Of a stretch of DNA of 64,000 nucleotides, positions 24,586 through 38,632 are shown one piece after another; within the stretch, counting starts at the first letter, position 1; each line of letters begins with the position of its first letter. The notes beneath the pieces were generated by a model. It made no database searches, was not told the DNA's origin, and was given only the letters and a program-made list of their open reading frames with translations. The stretch comes from Styela clava (lineage: Eukaryota), in assembly GCF_964204865.1 (NCBI RefSeq), contig NC_135260.1, positions 19,778,001 to 19,842,000 of the forward strand. Reading direction: 5' to 3'. A program made the translations under genes and the position numbers.

Positions 24586-26399
24586 ATTTTGACTTTTTCG
24601 CTAAAAGCCTATCACTTTTATTTATTTCAAACATTTCTGGGAGCTCTATGGGATTCGTTTTTTTGTGCTATGACGTCAACAAAATTTGCCACCTTAATAT
24701 TTTTATCAATATAAAATGAAAGCAACAGTGACTTGAAAACAGTTTCGGTACATCGAGATACATTTCAAATACAATTTTGCTTGAATTTACTGCATCAAGT
24801 TGCCAATGGCTGTTTTAATTTCAATCAATTTAAAAGTAAAAACCGATGGAAAAATTCACAATTAAATTCATAGGACCGTTACATATTGTTTTGTTCGTTG
24901 TATTTCACATTTTTTGTTTGCGTGACAAGACAACGGTTTTCAAAAACCTGAGAAATTTCTATCTTAATGAAAATTCTAATATATGCATTTTTTGTTTTAT
25001 TTTATATTTTCCCCGTTCATTTTCTTGTTAGAAATTATGAAGTTAGAAAAGGAAATCAAATTTTTTACTATATAATTTGTTTTGGGATTCACTACAGAGT
25101 GAATGAACTATTCAGAAACCTACCTCAAGCTAAATGTTTACGAGCATTTTTCGGTAAGGTTCGAATTGTTTCCTCATATTCTCTACTTTTTCTTTATATA
25201 TATATATATTCCAAAAACTTCATCAATAGTTCAACCTTCAACGTCGTGAATTTCTTTCATCTCATTCATGGAGGGGTGAAACAATACCAGGATTTCCGAA
25301 CTGTTGATTACTCGAATAATTAACGAATCAGCATCAATGAGATAATAGGCTACTTTTTCAGATTTGGACTTGTAAAGAATCTTGTAATCACGTATACAAT
25401 CGTTCAAAACAAGCATCTTCAATATCACCTGTTTTGTCTTCACATAGTATCCGATCTTATGTTTTGGAATGGATTTTCATCATCATCCAAGTCAGCAATG
25501 AAAGATTTTATGATGTCATCAGTTTTTTGCCAGCTGTTCGACCCTATTTTGCTTATTCCACTTCTATTTGGTGCGACAACCTGTTTATTCCTGATTCATT
25601 CTTTTTCCCCCAACACGCAACGCATGTAAACTCATTCATCACAAATGCGTGATAGTTTTGATATATATTTGATATTGCTCGATGTATTTCCAGTATGCTA
25701 TTGTTTTAATTGTTGGTCCGCAAGTTGCAACAGTCACACTTTGAAAACACCTGCGATCCACACTTGTTCAAGATCTGCGAAGCGCATTATTATATTCTCA
25801 ACATTATATTAAGGTGGTTTCCCATAAAGCAAATCAGTGGACCCAGCAACTTAACGAATCAACTTTAATCGATTTAGAGTAAAACTCGTACTTTCATGTA
25901 CTGTCGATCTATGAGCAATCAAGAGATATGGAATGTGTTCATCCCGGTCTGTACGACTGTCATCAACAAACGCTTTACGCATCTGATGAATTGTTTTATT
26001 CATTTTCCCCATATAAACCATCTGAGCTAGGCTATGTGGGTTATATCAATTTCGAACAATGAACGCACATGTTCAAATAACTGAGATTAAAAAATAACAT
26101 CTTGGTCACAATGAATAATTCTAGGAACGTCAAATCTACTAAAAAATATGTCGCTATATTTATCGGACAAGGGGTACGCTTCAACCCACTTAGTAAAAAA
26201 CCCGGTAACAACCAAAAGATATTCATTACCATATTCAGTTGTATAGGTATGGACCCTACAAAATCAAACTAAGCCTCAAAAGAGGCTCAGTGCAAATCAT
26301 TTTACACATTTATGCACGATATTTACCATGCTGGGTTTTGATGGCAGTGCAAGCTTTCAAAAACGACACCAAATGATATATATTATACATTCTAGGACT

Positions 26400-27200
26400 C
26401 TAGGTTGATAAAATCAATTCTTTATATAAGCGTTCTTTCCTCAAATGTCCACCAGTATGCAACTCATGGATATCTTCGAGCGCTGATATCCAACGAGTTA
26501 CAATGCTTTTGGGATCATTGAAACTCAATAACCAACCTAGATATGAATGATCAGGGGATAGAATTGGGCATTTTCGAACACTGGTGTTCGGAAATCGAAA
26601 CGAAATTTTGTCTTCGAAACGAAACACACGGTTTTCACAAACACTGAAACCTGGCACCATTATTACGTCTCGCAGTTATTGTAAAATAGCAAATATTTTA
26701 CAGGATTGAATCCACAAAAAGGAAGCAAATTCGAGAGCATAAAATGATAGTTGCAAATCACCTCATGCAAGTCATTCTTTTCCACAAAGGTTTGGGCTTG
26801 ATGGCAAATCACTGACCGAATAACACGAAAACAGAGTGTACAAGTGAAATTTCAATATCGTCAATTCGTGGAAGACGTTTTCATCGTTGATCAGCCTGTG
26901 GTGTATCTTACAAAGAATAAAGTTGATTTTGTTTGGACGAAGCAATGTCATAGTGCATTTGATCGCCGGAAAAAACTTCTAATGCACGCTCCGGTTTGTC
27001 GTTTACACAGGAAGATGGTGAACAGATTTAGCGCAGTTTTAAGTCAAGCGCATGAGTGTGGGGAGAAAGTTATTTTATTTGCCAGTGTAATCCTGAACAA
27101 AGGACATATCACGCCACCTATAGAGAACTATTAGCTGCAACTATATTTGCATATTATACTCTACCTCGAGGCGAAACAACTTACATTCTCCCGACTCGAA
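26400..27200. mobile_element. Degenerate Gypsy LTR-retrotransposon pol fragments
   Basis: + strand DFVWTKQCHSAFD..KKLLMHAPV...AVLSQ...EKVILFAS (RT-RNase H linker); - strand DHSYLGWLLSFNDPKSIVTRWISALED (RNase H end). Confidence 0.75.
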
Positions 27201-27605
27201 CTGGCAGCTAGAATCTTGGTGAAAACTTCCCGCAAGCAGCTCATAGCTGAATTGAATCATCTAAAACTGCAAGATATTGCTTACGCAAAATTCTAGACAA
27301 CAATTTGTCGACCAATAAGAGTTTAGTTAATTAAGACAGTCTGAATGCGGGTCCAGTCAATCTGTCTTTTCACGATCGGATACGGAAATCGACAATATAC
27401 GGAAATCGACACAAAACGAATAAAACCATCCTTTTTCGGAAGAGAACAATAGGGTATTGTATGGGTTTCCAACGTGGAACTTTAATTGATTCAGGTGTCA
27501 ATGTTTTAAACCTATGCTTGACCACAGAAGTTCGTACCAGTTAACCACCAGATCCAAAAAATATGCTTTAAATTCGACGTTGTTCAATTGTCACATTCTT
27601 TGGAT

Positions 27606-28018
27606 CATTGGTTCTCAAAGTGAGGTCCGCGAGGCAATTTTACGGGGACCGCCAAGCGACATTTGACTGTGACACCTAAGCACTGCTGCGTAAATTTTTG
27701 ATGTCATGCTTGTGTACAGTGTTGCTCAAAAACACAACACCATTTTGAAGATTTTGTAAATTGTCAAGAGTTGACAGTGCTGTGTGAATTGTACATATTT
27801 AGGCTAAGTTGGAACCATTTTGTTGCACTCCCACGCGAGATTTCAAAAGAAAAAGTGATGAAAAAAGTTTCAGTATAAAAATGTGCACTGTACTGATGAC
27901 ATGCAAAAAATGAATTATTTATATAACGTATTGCTATTCTAAATTCTTAGTAGACCGCGAGTCAACAGAAAAATTGGAACGGGACCGTTACGCAAAATTT
28001 AAAAAGCTTGTGAACCAA
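27606..28018. mobile_element. Degenerate hAT MITE
   Basis: cattggttctcaa...ttgtgaaccaag termini with ccgcg subterminal motifs. Confidence 0.5.
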
Positions 28019-29318
28019 GTCTGAATTGTCAACACGTTTAGGTAAATGTTCTAGCAAGTCCTTGTTGTTCATCACTTCAACAGCTCCAGCTTGTTTCAGA
28101 GATGAAACAGTAAGAATTCTCGGTGGACGTAGCAACCCAATGAGCAAATCTGCAGGTATATCAAACACCTCATTGCTAATACTAATAACCATCAGAGGAA
28201 AATGAGAGCATGAGAAATTCACCTTACTAGGTAACAAAAATAAACCACGGTCCGGATATTTCTCTCGAACACACAAGCAAAAGTTATTAATTATCCAGTT
28301 AGGATTCGGGTTAGGAATGATTTGAATTTTCAGCGCAATCAGTATTCTCTAGCCCGAACTAGATATTTACTATTTTTATATTGAGCGGGGGCGGGGGTGT
28401 TTTTCTACAAAAGATCCCCCTTTTCTTTGTCTATCTCGAATTTTCTGAAGAAAGTTATACCTGATTCTCAAGAATCATTTGCTTTAAGTTGCCTCTCACA
28501 TCTTTTTCCAGATGAGTAAACAAGTAACTTCCGGCACTATTTGGAACCAAATATGGAAAGCTTATCCATGTTTCAAGTACTCAAGTAAATATATAATATA
28601 GAAATCAATTTCACAGCTTGTCTCAAGGCAGAAGTATGATATCGATTCTTTGAGATACTGTAGGCCTACTTGTTAACTGATATTATGTATGAAGTGTGTA
28701 TGAGTATTCCACTGTTTTTTAAATATAATAGGGCTTAAACATAACGTTGAAAAAATGGCTGATTGGTGGAAATCCGATTCCATTTTATAATGGTCTTCGA
28801 CGAGAAGTAATTTTTTACCGTGTCTCGTGGAATTTTTTAATACACGTTTATGAGAAATCCATTTCGAAATAAATGTATGTAATTCTGCGTCTCTGGATTA
28901 GGTTTAAAAGACTCCCCAGTCGTTACAATCAAAACTTCCTCTTTTACCTCTCAGCGACTTATCATTCGGATTAGTAGTATAAAATTTGATTCAAATTTTC
29001 AAAATCAGTTTTGGCTTGTTTATGCTTTTATTTTTCTTCGCAAATACGATTAAAGCGATAAAAAATTAAAATGCTTCATTACAAAATCGCGTTAGCGCTT
29101 CTTCTACCTGTCGCGCTAAATTAGTTTATATGTAAGTGTGTGCACGCGCACTGAACGCATTCTTTGGCGCTTCGCGAAGCTCAGGTAGTAGTTGTTATTC
29201 AGCTTCGCTGTACATAAGTACCTGTTTGAAATCTTGGACCTGCGCGTTAGCAAATTTATATTTTTTCAAATACCAGGTTTAGGAAATACTTAACGACAAC
29301 GAAGTAGCTGTGGGTATT

Positions 29319-32300
29319 ATGGATGTTACATACGGCGTCATTCTATTTCTGCTAAGCTGTTTGGCTCTTCTGGACGAAACCCAGGTATGATATTAAACCT
29401 TATATGGTTTAATTTGCTATACTAGTTATCCATACTCAGTCATTTTTAACAAAGGCACACATAACAGCCCCACTGTAATTAACAGTTATTGTATCGAGTG
29501 ATATTAATTTTAATAGTAGCGTCGCTAAGCTACTGGTTGTTTTAATGATGTCTTTTGTATATTTCAGGCTACTTGTGCTTCATACAATTGTGGTGAGTAC
29601 AGTTTGCTTTTCGGTGAAAGATAAATTGTAGTTTGCTGTTAAAAATTAAGTGAAACACGCATATATCGAAATAGTTTTCAGGGGGGTTGAGATTCTTCAG
29701 GTGATCCCTATATTCTATTACATAATGTATACGATCGGGAGCGCGTGTTTAATTTTGGCTTTGCTTACTTTGTACATACGTAATTCTTAAAATTGAACAA
29801 TAGAATTGATTCAATTCCAATTTTGCTTACAACGGTAACAAAGGTAAAGTTTTATTAGAGTTCTGCATGACTCAGGTTCATTAATTTGTTGTATAATAAA
29901 AACGTCATTTGTTATATGCTGTTCATGAAATGACTCAATCATATGTCCAATATAAAACACGGAAGTTATTGATCAACGATTCATATACGCCTGCAGTTCC
30001 AGTATTTTGTCCTCCAATGATACTGGAAATTACCGTTTATAGACAATACCGAAGTTTTCTGGCACTACTTGTCGGTCAACGTTGTCTGTACCAGGAACCA
30101 TAAAAATATGTTTCCGCATTTAGCTATTTCGTTCAATAAAATAATTGCAGGTCATTTTAGCGCTTCTGTGTATATCCTTTGTCGAGCATATTATCGAGAC
30201 TCTAGTTTCGCATAAAGCATGAGTTCGTATTCAAATTAGACGGCTGGCGATAATTTTCAATAATGTGCGTTGGAAGCCGTGTGGTCTAGTTTTCTTATTT
30301 CTCAAGTTAGAAATTTCTTTTTTTAATAAACTTCAACAAGGAAGTTGTGAGCGATTCGCTCAATGTATCTTCTCTAATAACCGCGAAAGGAAGCTAGAGT
30401 GTGTTAAATGTACTGTTGAGAGCCAGTGCGGTATATTATCAATTGATCACTCATATTATCAAGTAGTCGTATCATATATATTATATACCTTCGTGTGAGT
30501 GGTGGAAATTCTACAGAAGTTGGGCATTTGTGTTTTCAAAGATAAAAAGAAAAGCAGGTTGATTGATATTTTGTAATATCTGCTGCGCAAAGCAAATATT
30601 TGTTTCGATTGTACAGTGGTTCAGCCACGTTTGAACCTTCATTTTGGTCACTTATTTTGTACTGTATTGTCAAAATATTGTACATGGTGGTCGCAATATG
30701 TCTAGATGTGTGCCATGAACACTGGCCGACAACTCACTGGGTAACTCTATACTTAACTAATAGTTGTACCCGTGTAACTTGAATACGATATTTACTTTTG
30801 CAGATGGATACTGTTGCGGATACAACACCTGCTGTTATTCTGTTTACCTGACTTGGTGTAAGTCAAGTTTGTATGTAATTGTATCAATAATGCGGCCAAT
30901 TAGGTACTCCCGTAGTGTGTGTACCAGGTTAGGGTAGGCCATAATTTTATTCCAATTTTCTATTACTAATTCGGAGACTGTCTGTGTTAGCCAAGTGAAT
31001 ATACCCAGTGGTGGGATTCAGCCGGTTCTATAGAACAGCCTCACGGAATTTTATGAGATCAGCGAACCGGTCAGAATTACTGGGTATTGTCAATGTTCTG
31101 TTTGTAACAGAACCGTCTTAAAAATATGACTTTTGTGAAGGAACCGGCTGACAAAAAATTTGAATCCCACCACTGAATATACCCACTGTCTGTAGGTTTC
31201 AGTCCCTTTACATAACTTGATGTAAAGTAGCCGAACAATATTATTGGTAAACACACTCCTGGAGCGCCGCCAATTTCTTGTTATGTACGATAATAATTAA
31301 TGTAACCATTTCGCGACAGACTCGGATTTCACCATGGGTTAATTATCTTAAGCGTACATCATTAAGGAACTTGTAACTGGTGGTAACATTACTTTATTTC
31401 AATTTGATGGTATTCCCCACTTCTTTGCCTGTTACATATTATTACCCAAATAATTCTGCCAGTGAGGAAACAATTGTGCCAAATGTGCCGCGATGCACGG
31501 CGTCATCGCTATGTTTTGGTTTTGATATATATTATGCTTTGACAAAAGGCTACAGTATTTATATGAAGTGAGATATTTTCACATTTTTTCATATCACATG
31601 ATATGAGTCTCAATCTGTTGATCATTGACAGATAATAAGGCTTTGTACACGAAATTCCCCCTGTCCTTAGCGCACAATTCTACTTAGTCTGGCGCACATA
31701 CACGCACGGTGGGCGAGCTTTTCTTATCACTACGTTATTGTCGGTCTTCAGCAGCAACCGGGGTTACCGTAGCCTGAAGTGCGACAAGCAACAGTGATTT
31801 TACATCCCATTGAATTGTTGAATTGTGTTCTGCTCAAAAGAACTGTTCGTGGACGAATCGAGTTACTGAAATGACACTGAGTACATAAGACATATTTTCT
31901 ATAGCATTGTTTAGTAATATTTTTGTTCGCATAATAGAACAATATTAAAGAAGAATACACACTATATATAGCTATCGCTTGCTTTGGTTCCGTTTTATGA
32001 ATTCGGTCTTTAAAAAGCGTATATATATATATATATATCAGGATTAAATATACATTATAATCATAGGTTTACGTTAAAATATTTGCCTCGTACCTGTTAA
32101 AAAATGGATCGTTTAGCAGAAAAACCAGAATATGATTCAGAACTGTGTCTCAACCGTGCGTGGGTTTATCTATCTAAACAAACATAGGCAAGCTGTCAGA
32201 TTCAACGAATTCCAATTTACACGCGTTATGCTTCTGGCGTGCTTAGAAAGACCGTATATAGCAGGTTTATAGGTTTACGTTAGAATTTTTGCCTCCTATC

Positions 32301-33621
32301 AATCAGAAAAGGATCGTTTACCCAAAGATCTAGAATATGATTCTGAACCATGTTGGTATGTATACACTGTACAGAATATTGGGCGAGTTGTCTACTTACG
32401 TTTTTATTACGTTACGACTTACAACAGTTACGAGTCTCCGCAGTTGAGCTGGTATATTTTATAGCAGGGTGCCTTTTATGGGTGTTGCCCGTATGGTCAT
32501 ATTTGAATCGGACGAAAAAATAATATGAAGTCCTCCTCACTAGTCCCATACTTCCGATTTTGTTTGTTGCGAATTTGTTCCTAATATAATATATTGAATC
32601 TCTCCAACTAATTTTTCTAAATAACTTACAACTTTTGTATCACTTATTCTGAAATGTTTGGAGAGTACATCAAGTTAGTACACAAAATATAAACATATAT
32701 GGCACATTTTGCCTTGTTCGATCAAAAATATAGGAGGCCTAGGCATTATCTATTCTATCAATGAATAGTTTTTGTTGAAGACAAATTTTGAAAAGTGAGA
32801 ATGTGCTGTGCACAATTCACGAGGAATATCTTTTTTTTTTATCAGGGTTTTGGTTGATCATCCTCGGACTTTTCCTTATTAAAGTTTGTTGCATCACGTG
32901 TTACGTTCGCCGGAGACGTCAAAGAGCGAACATGTATTATGTGCCTACTGTGGCACAACCATCCACAACTGTACATGTGAATGCCAGGGTTTCCATGCCA
33001 CCGCGAACTGCTCCTCATGCACCAGGAACATGTCCGCCACACTATACTGGTCAACAACAGCAGGTATGTAAAAATAAAAATTTATATGACATTGGTGTTT
33101 TGATACGTCGTGCGACTTTCTAGGTTTCCATTTGTACAATCGACAAAATTGTAATTCTCAGTAAAATGAAAATGACCGCTGTTGCGCAAACAATCCGAGA
33201 TAATTAGGGTAGCAGAAGAACGACAGTTTTTACCAATGTTCAGAATATCAGATATAATTTTTCTAATATGTATCCCAGACCCAATACCGTGTGTTCTCGA
33301 ATCACATCCGTGAACGGCGGAAATCAAACTAGGTTGTATGTCCCAAAACAGTTTGAAAAGCGCTTGAAGGTACGATATTGAGAACTCGGTGATTTTATAA
33401 TTGACAGGCGGCTCGCTCACATTTGATTTTCGACCCTAGTTGTTTTCAAGTATTATTACGTTTCTTCATCAAGTATTTGTTTTGCTTTCAAGATGCCTCC
33501 GCCCTATCCCGGACCCCAAGCTTCCGCTCCTCCGGCTACAGGACCTGGCTATGCAGGACCTATGTACAATGGGAGTCAAGACAGCCAGGTCAACAAAGAT
33601 ACTCAAATGTTGATTGGATAA
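29319..33621 (+). CDS. WBP1/VOPP1 (Shisa-like) family single-pass membrane protein, 163 aa, 5 coding exons
   Basis: Exons 29319-29384, 29568-29592, 30804-30857, 32846-33063, 33493-33621 (492 nt, phases 0/1/1/0). Signal peptide; CASYNCDGYCCGYNTCC; WWFW-led TM; CC..C then RRRR; PPHY and PPPY motifs. Confidence 0.88.
30903..31268 (-). mobile_element. GG-terminal MITE family, copy 4 (hosts a nested hAT MITE)
   Basis: ggtactcc...ggagcgcc; TSD gccaatta / gccaattt. Confidence 0.85.
31006..31175. mobile_element. hAT MITE nested in copy 4
   Basis: TIR cagtggtgggattca / tgaatcccaccactg; perfect TSD aatatacc. Confidence 0.92.
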
Positions 33622-33935
33622 ATTACGATTTTAAGGGTAATGGTATGCAAGACATTAGTCATGTCTCTCCAGCATTTTTGGACGTGAACTGTTCTTTTTT
33701 ACAAATTTTTGTTTAGCAAAAACCTTGTTTCGTTTTGTAATTACTAATTCTATGTAGTAATTGTACATATTTTTGCCTAACCCTCAAACGACCTGGTAGT
33801 ATATTACTTATGTTCAGCTTTATGTTCAGTTTTTTGTTATCTAGCTCATGCATTTGAGAAAGTAGGATATTTTTACGTAAGATTAAGAGTATTCATACGA
33901 GCAGTAGAGCATTTTGTATATCTACACTTATATAG

Positions 33936-34447
33936 CATGGATGGCGAACCACTGACTTTTGTGACCCACCGCGTTTTTTGGTGACCTGCCAAGGCAAGAA
34001 TTAAATGAAAATTGACAAAACCGGCTCTAATTGAAGTCAAAAAATAAGTAAACTATGATAATGTACTATCAGCCAGGGCAGCGATCGTTCATATTCAAAT
34101 TTTAATTTTCGGGTCGCTATACGAGAACTATAGATGCTAATTTGCATTTATTAGTTTCTCGTCTACAATTCCGTTAGACTTAAAATGAAGACCTAAAAAT
34201 CTGAAATAAAAATGGGGCGGTGAAAAGGGCCCTAATGTGGATGAAAGCTGAAAAATCGAAAAATTTAACTCAGACAGACCTCTAAACTCTTCGAAACCGT
34301 AAAATAATTTGCTATATCATCTCAAACGTTTTTCGGTAATTCGTATGCGTGTTTTCTTGCACGAATTTTATAAAAATAGAGTGCCATAAGGAGTCTAGTA
34401 GTCTCTGATATAATTGCTGCATAAATAAAGCCCGTTCGCCATCCCTG
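33936..34447. mobile_element. hAT MITE 3' of the WBP1/VOPP1-like stop codon
   Basis: catggatggcgaac / gttcgccatccctg termini. Confidence 0.75.
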
Positions 34448-35970
34448 CTATATTGAATGGTCATTATGCTAGGTCTTCTTAAACACGTTCTGAAAGTTTC
34501 AATCCTTGTGTCGGTTTTTGTTTGCATTTTCTGTATAATTATGTAATATGCAATAAAAATGCTTTTTGTGCGTAAATCAGTCGTTTTTTATTGACTTGAG
34601 CTCAGCCGGTTACTGCTATCAAGAATTAGCCATTGTCATGCAGATTGCTGTGTGGTTAGGCGTCATTTGCTTGAACCTGGTGAACCCGAGTGGTGGGCGG
34701 TATCACTACGTGAGACAAGCCAAAATGAAATGTATCGTACAGGTGCATGATTTCGAACGATAAAAAATGATTTCAAAAGTGGCCTTTGCATGTAGCTCGA
34801 ATATATTAAAGGTGGGTTATCACACAAACATTTTCTGGCAAATTTGATTCTATGTATTTTTTCGAGATCTTTGGCGTTTCACGCTTGCAGAAAGTGGGCT
34901 TCGTTTGCGAGACTCGAATTTTCAAAAGTCAACCCTGCCGAGGTCGAACGCAAATTAGTATGTCCCGTTGATGACGTAGTACTGAGAACACGTCGGCGTA
35001 ATTTTGCATTAGGTCGAAGGTAACTAATTAGTTATTATAGCGTTCTGTGTACTTATTTTAAACCTTATATGCTAGTTCTATTGGGCGGTGCATTTGGCAA
35101 ACGCTGCAGTGGTTTAAATACAATCCAATCTCTTCAAATAATATCGTTGCATTATTAGAAATTACAGTAAACTTAACAAGTCGACGTTAAGATATACTGA
35201 ATCTCTGTGTCGGACCTTTTGCGGTGAAATTATGTTGAACGCAGTTTATCAAATCAATTTTCTATTTATTTTAAACATTTCATGTCTATGACATTTCAGC
35301 AAGCGATCACGTTTTCATCATAATATGTAATTCATTAATGTCAATAAATGTTTCCTAACGAATCTCCATTAATTGATGTATCGTGTTATAAATATTGCAT
35401 TGACCTTAAAAAGTGTGCTTTGTCATTCCAGGTATTCCCTATAATCTTCTGTATAAATATATCTATTGACTTGCAAGGGCCAACTTTGTTTCTGCGTGGA
35501 CCTGGAAGTTACACAAGATGGAACTGGAAATCTCATATTCTCTCTAGTTATACTCCAACATCGTCCAACGACCTATCAACTCAAAATGTACCTTTGATGA
35601 CATCTGGGCTGCGTTGATAGCAGTGTGAACTGGAACTAGTGCAGTTTCGTACCTTCAGTACTCCTAGTGGTCGTTGCATATGTCAAACCTGCCCTCCACC
35701 CGATTGCGTCATAATTACAGTTTTTGCTTTTTGTAGTGTATATATGTGGGATATATGGGTATATATGTGGGTCTATAGCGGTGTTTCCAATGCACGATTT
35801 CGCAAGCTGATCCGCGCTTTCATTTCCCAATATACCCACATGACCTGGAATCCAAATGTACTTAACATTAATACCTTATATTCGTTAATTAGTAAGTATA
35901 TAAATTATTCGCGCAACATGATGGTGAAATGAACTAATGAAACATTCGATACTTTTGAGTGCACCTAGAC

Positions 35971-38632
35971 CAGGGTGGTCCAAGGTTGTGGGCTCCGCGG
36001 GCCACAAAATTATTTTGGCATTGGTCGCGGGCCACATTAGTACCAGAAATATAGGTAAACAGTGCAGTAGGCTACAAAACAAGCACTTCTATTGTGTAAA
36101 CACATAGTCATCAGGCATTGCCAGCCTAGGCTAATGGAATCCGCATTCAATTTTTAGTTATCTATTATGCCTATTAGGCTTGCACGTAATTGACAAAAAT
36201 CAATTCCGTAATTACGGCAAAATCAATTACGTAATGACCCCGTAATTGCGATATTTTTCCACGCATTTAAACCTATCATAACAACCAATTGAATCCACTT
36301 CTTTTCCGAATGGGACATTGAAGTTGGGTTTTCATATTCTTGGCAGTACTACACGCCGGCGGCAGATGTTGAATACAAATATCAAGGAGTGAATTCAAAT
36401 TAATTTTATTCTGATTTTTATCTTTTGTGTTAGCTTTGGTTTTCCTTTATCACCTTCGCAAATTAACCGTCCCATTTTTATGCGATCAATTTTTATTTTA
36501 TCATTACCGACACTGGTATACAGATATTTATGAAAACGATAGTTTTTTAAAACCACCTTAGTACTGAATAAAAATTACGGGTTTCTAATTTATTAACCAA
36601 CGACGAGCGTATTCTCTCGTTTGATTATACTTGCGATTTCCTCGCGACGAAGACTTGTTTTTGCAGCGTCTTCTGCATTATCCGACATTACTGCCTTGTT
36701 AGCATTTCATATTAATAATTATTGATGTCGACTTATTGACGATATTCCGATTACCATGCTTCATTTTACATTTAATCATTTCGTGGACTGAATGTTTATA
36801 ACATTATTTGCGATAAATTTGGATCAAATATTATTTATTTGCGTATAATTGAAATACCGAACTTATATGATATGCCTTCTCCGAAAATACAAAGTTATAT
36901 CGCAAAACAGTGCATTGTGTGACATTTATTTTACACTCACGACATTTATTTGCTAACTCAAGTCGGCGATCCTATCGGCCAAGATTGACACAAATTTGGT
37001 CGAGTGCCGGTGGTATTCAAGTCGACGATAAATCAAAATAAGTTGCCGCATTTGGTAAGACAGTTAATCATATATGGCCGAAATATTGAGAGGAATTGTG
37101 AAAAACATCATGAGCAAGGCCAAGTCCGGACTGATATATAACGATAAAACCGTTAACAGAACATCAAGATTTTGTAATAGAAAATGGATCTCGCACAGAA
37201 TAAACACACTGGCTCATATTTGATAGCAGTTAAATTTTTTAGCGGTCCGCGAGGAATCCATCGTTTTGTTGTTTCTCTGCCGTCTCAACAACCGCTTTAC
37301 CGATGCCGAGAAGACGAAGTTGCGTTGGTTCATTACGCAATCTCTCTTTTGTCGTCATATTGCTATTTGATAAGCGCGACATTAATTATCACGCGAGGTA
37401 TTGGCGCGAGTGATCAATCGCTCTTTTCGCTTAATTGGTTCCAATTCGTCGCGAAAGCTCTTCGTTAAATTTCACAAGATCGTCGTGTTGAAAGGTTATG
37501 GATATTTTCCTGCTTATACCCCAAGTCTGAAATAAAACAGCCAAAAACAGTATGATATTCCATGTTCATATATCAAGTGTTGATATTAACAATAAAGAAT
37601 GGTTAAGCATTGCTAATCCACACTTGGTGGGGAATTCCCACTATTTAAACGCGTGACTATAAAATAGAAACGGAACATATATACCATAAGTAACGGAAAA
37701 CTGGAACAAGTAAATAATAAATAAAAGTAAAATGGATACAAATGTTTGATAGACCATGTTTGATAGATTGATCTCCTGCGTTCATTAGTCATTTCACCCG
37801 AAGAAGTTGAAACCGGGCGTGTTAGCGTCCATCGGTCGTAACACAATTCTTCCCCCCATCTACGGTTATTATGTACATTGGCCATGGCCAATTTTAGATA
37901 AGATGCGAGAGAAGTTGAAACCAGGTGTGTTGGCGTCAATCGGTCTAAACGCAATTCTATCCCTTATCTGAGGTTAAGTTGCGGGAGAAGTTAAAACCAG
38001 GTGTGTTGGCGTCAAACGGCCCTACTCAGTTCTTCCCCCTTAACTACGTTAATAATTTACATTGGCCATGCCAGATAAGTTGATAATAGGTTAGTAAATA
38101 GCAACGCGTCATGCCTTCCTTCACCTACGTAACAAGAGAGAGAAGAGGGAGAAAACGGATGCGAATACCGGAACTCTAACTTCTTCTATTTGTTGAGCTT
38201 TCATTTTTCGCAATCGACGAAATTGACTGCTTTGAAGAAAGCTCGTTTCAATGCAATAATTACGACTTTACGTAATTCGTAACTTCCCTTCCGTAACTCC
38301 AAATAATTACGTAATTCCGTAAATCCGTAAATTACGTGCAAGCCTAATGCCTATATATATTGTTAGCATATATCCCCAACCAAAACGATAGAAATCCAGG
38401 TAACAATTTACACTGCCCATCACATCATTCAACTTCGCTAGTTGCTTCAGCTAGCCATCATACTAGTCAATTCAGTCACAGTGGTGATATACCAACAATA
38501 TGTCAAACGATTTATTTTATGAGAAGCAATTTAAAATACGATATTTTGATTACTCTTCTAATGCGGCGCGGGCCACAGATAATGAAGCGGCGGGCCACAT
38601 GTGGCCCGCGGGCCTGGGTTTGGACCACCCTG
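35971..38632. mobile_element. hAT non-autonomous element inserted in the LINE RNase H
   Basis: TIR cagggtggtccaa / ttggaccaccctg; perfect TSD acctagac. Confidence 0.93.
36175..38346. mobile_element. hAT (TAGG-terminal) element nested in 35971-38632
   Basis: TIR taggcttgcacgtaatt / aattacgtgcaagccta; perfect TSD atgcctat; attacg subterminal repeats; three internal repeats at about 37800-38070. Confidence 0.93.

Noticed and set aside
32280-32350. Minus-strand GKR/KR dibasic sites suggesting a neuropeptide precursor
   Set aside because: Stops follow immediately and there is no signal peptide; the plus-strand exon reading fits better
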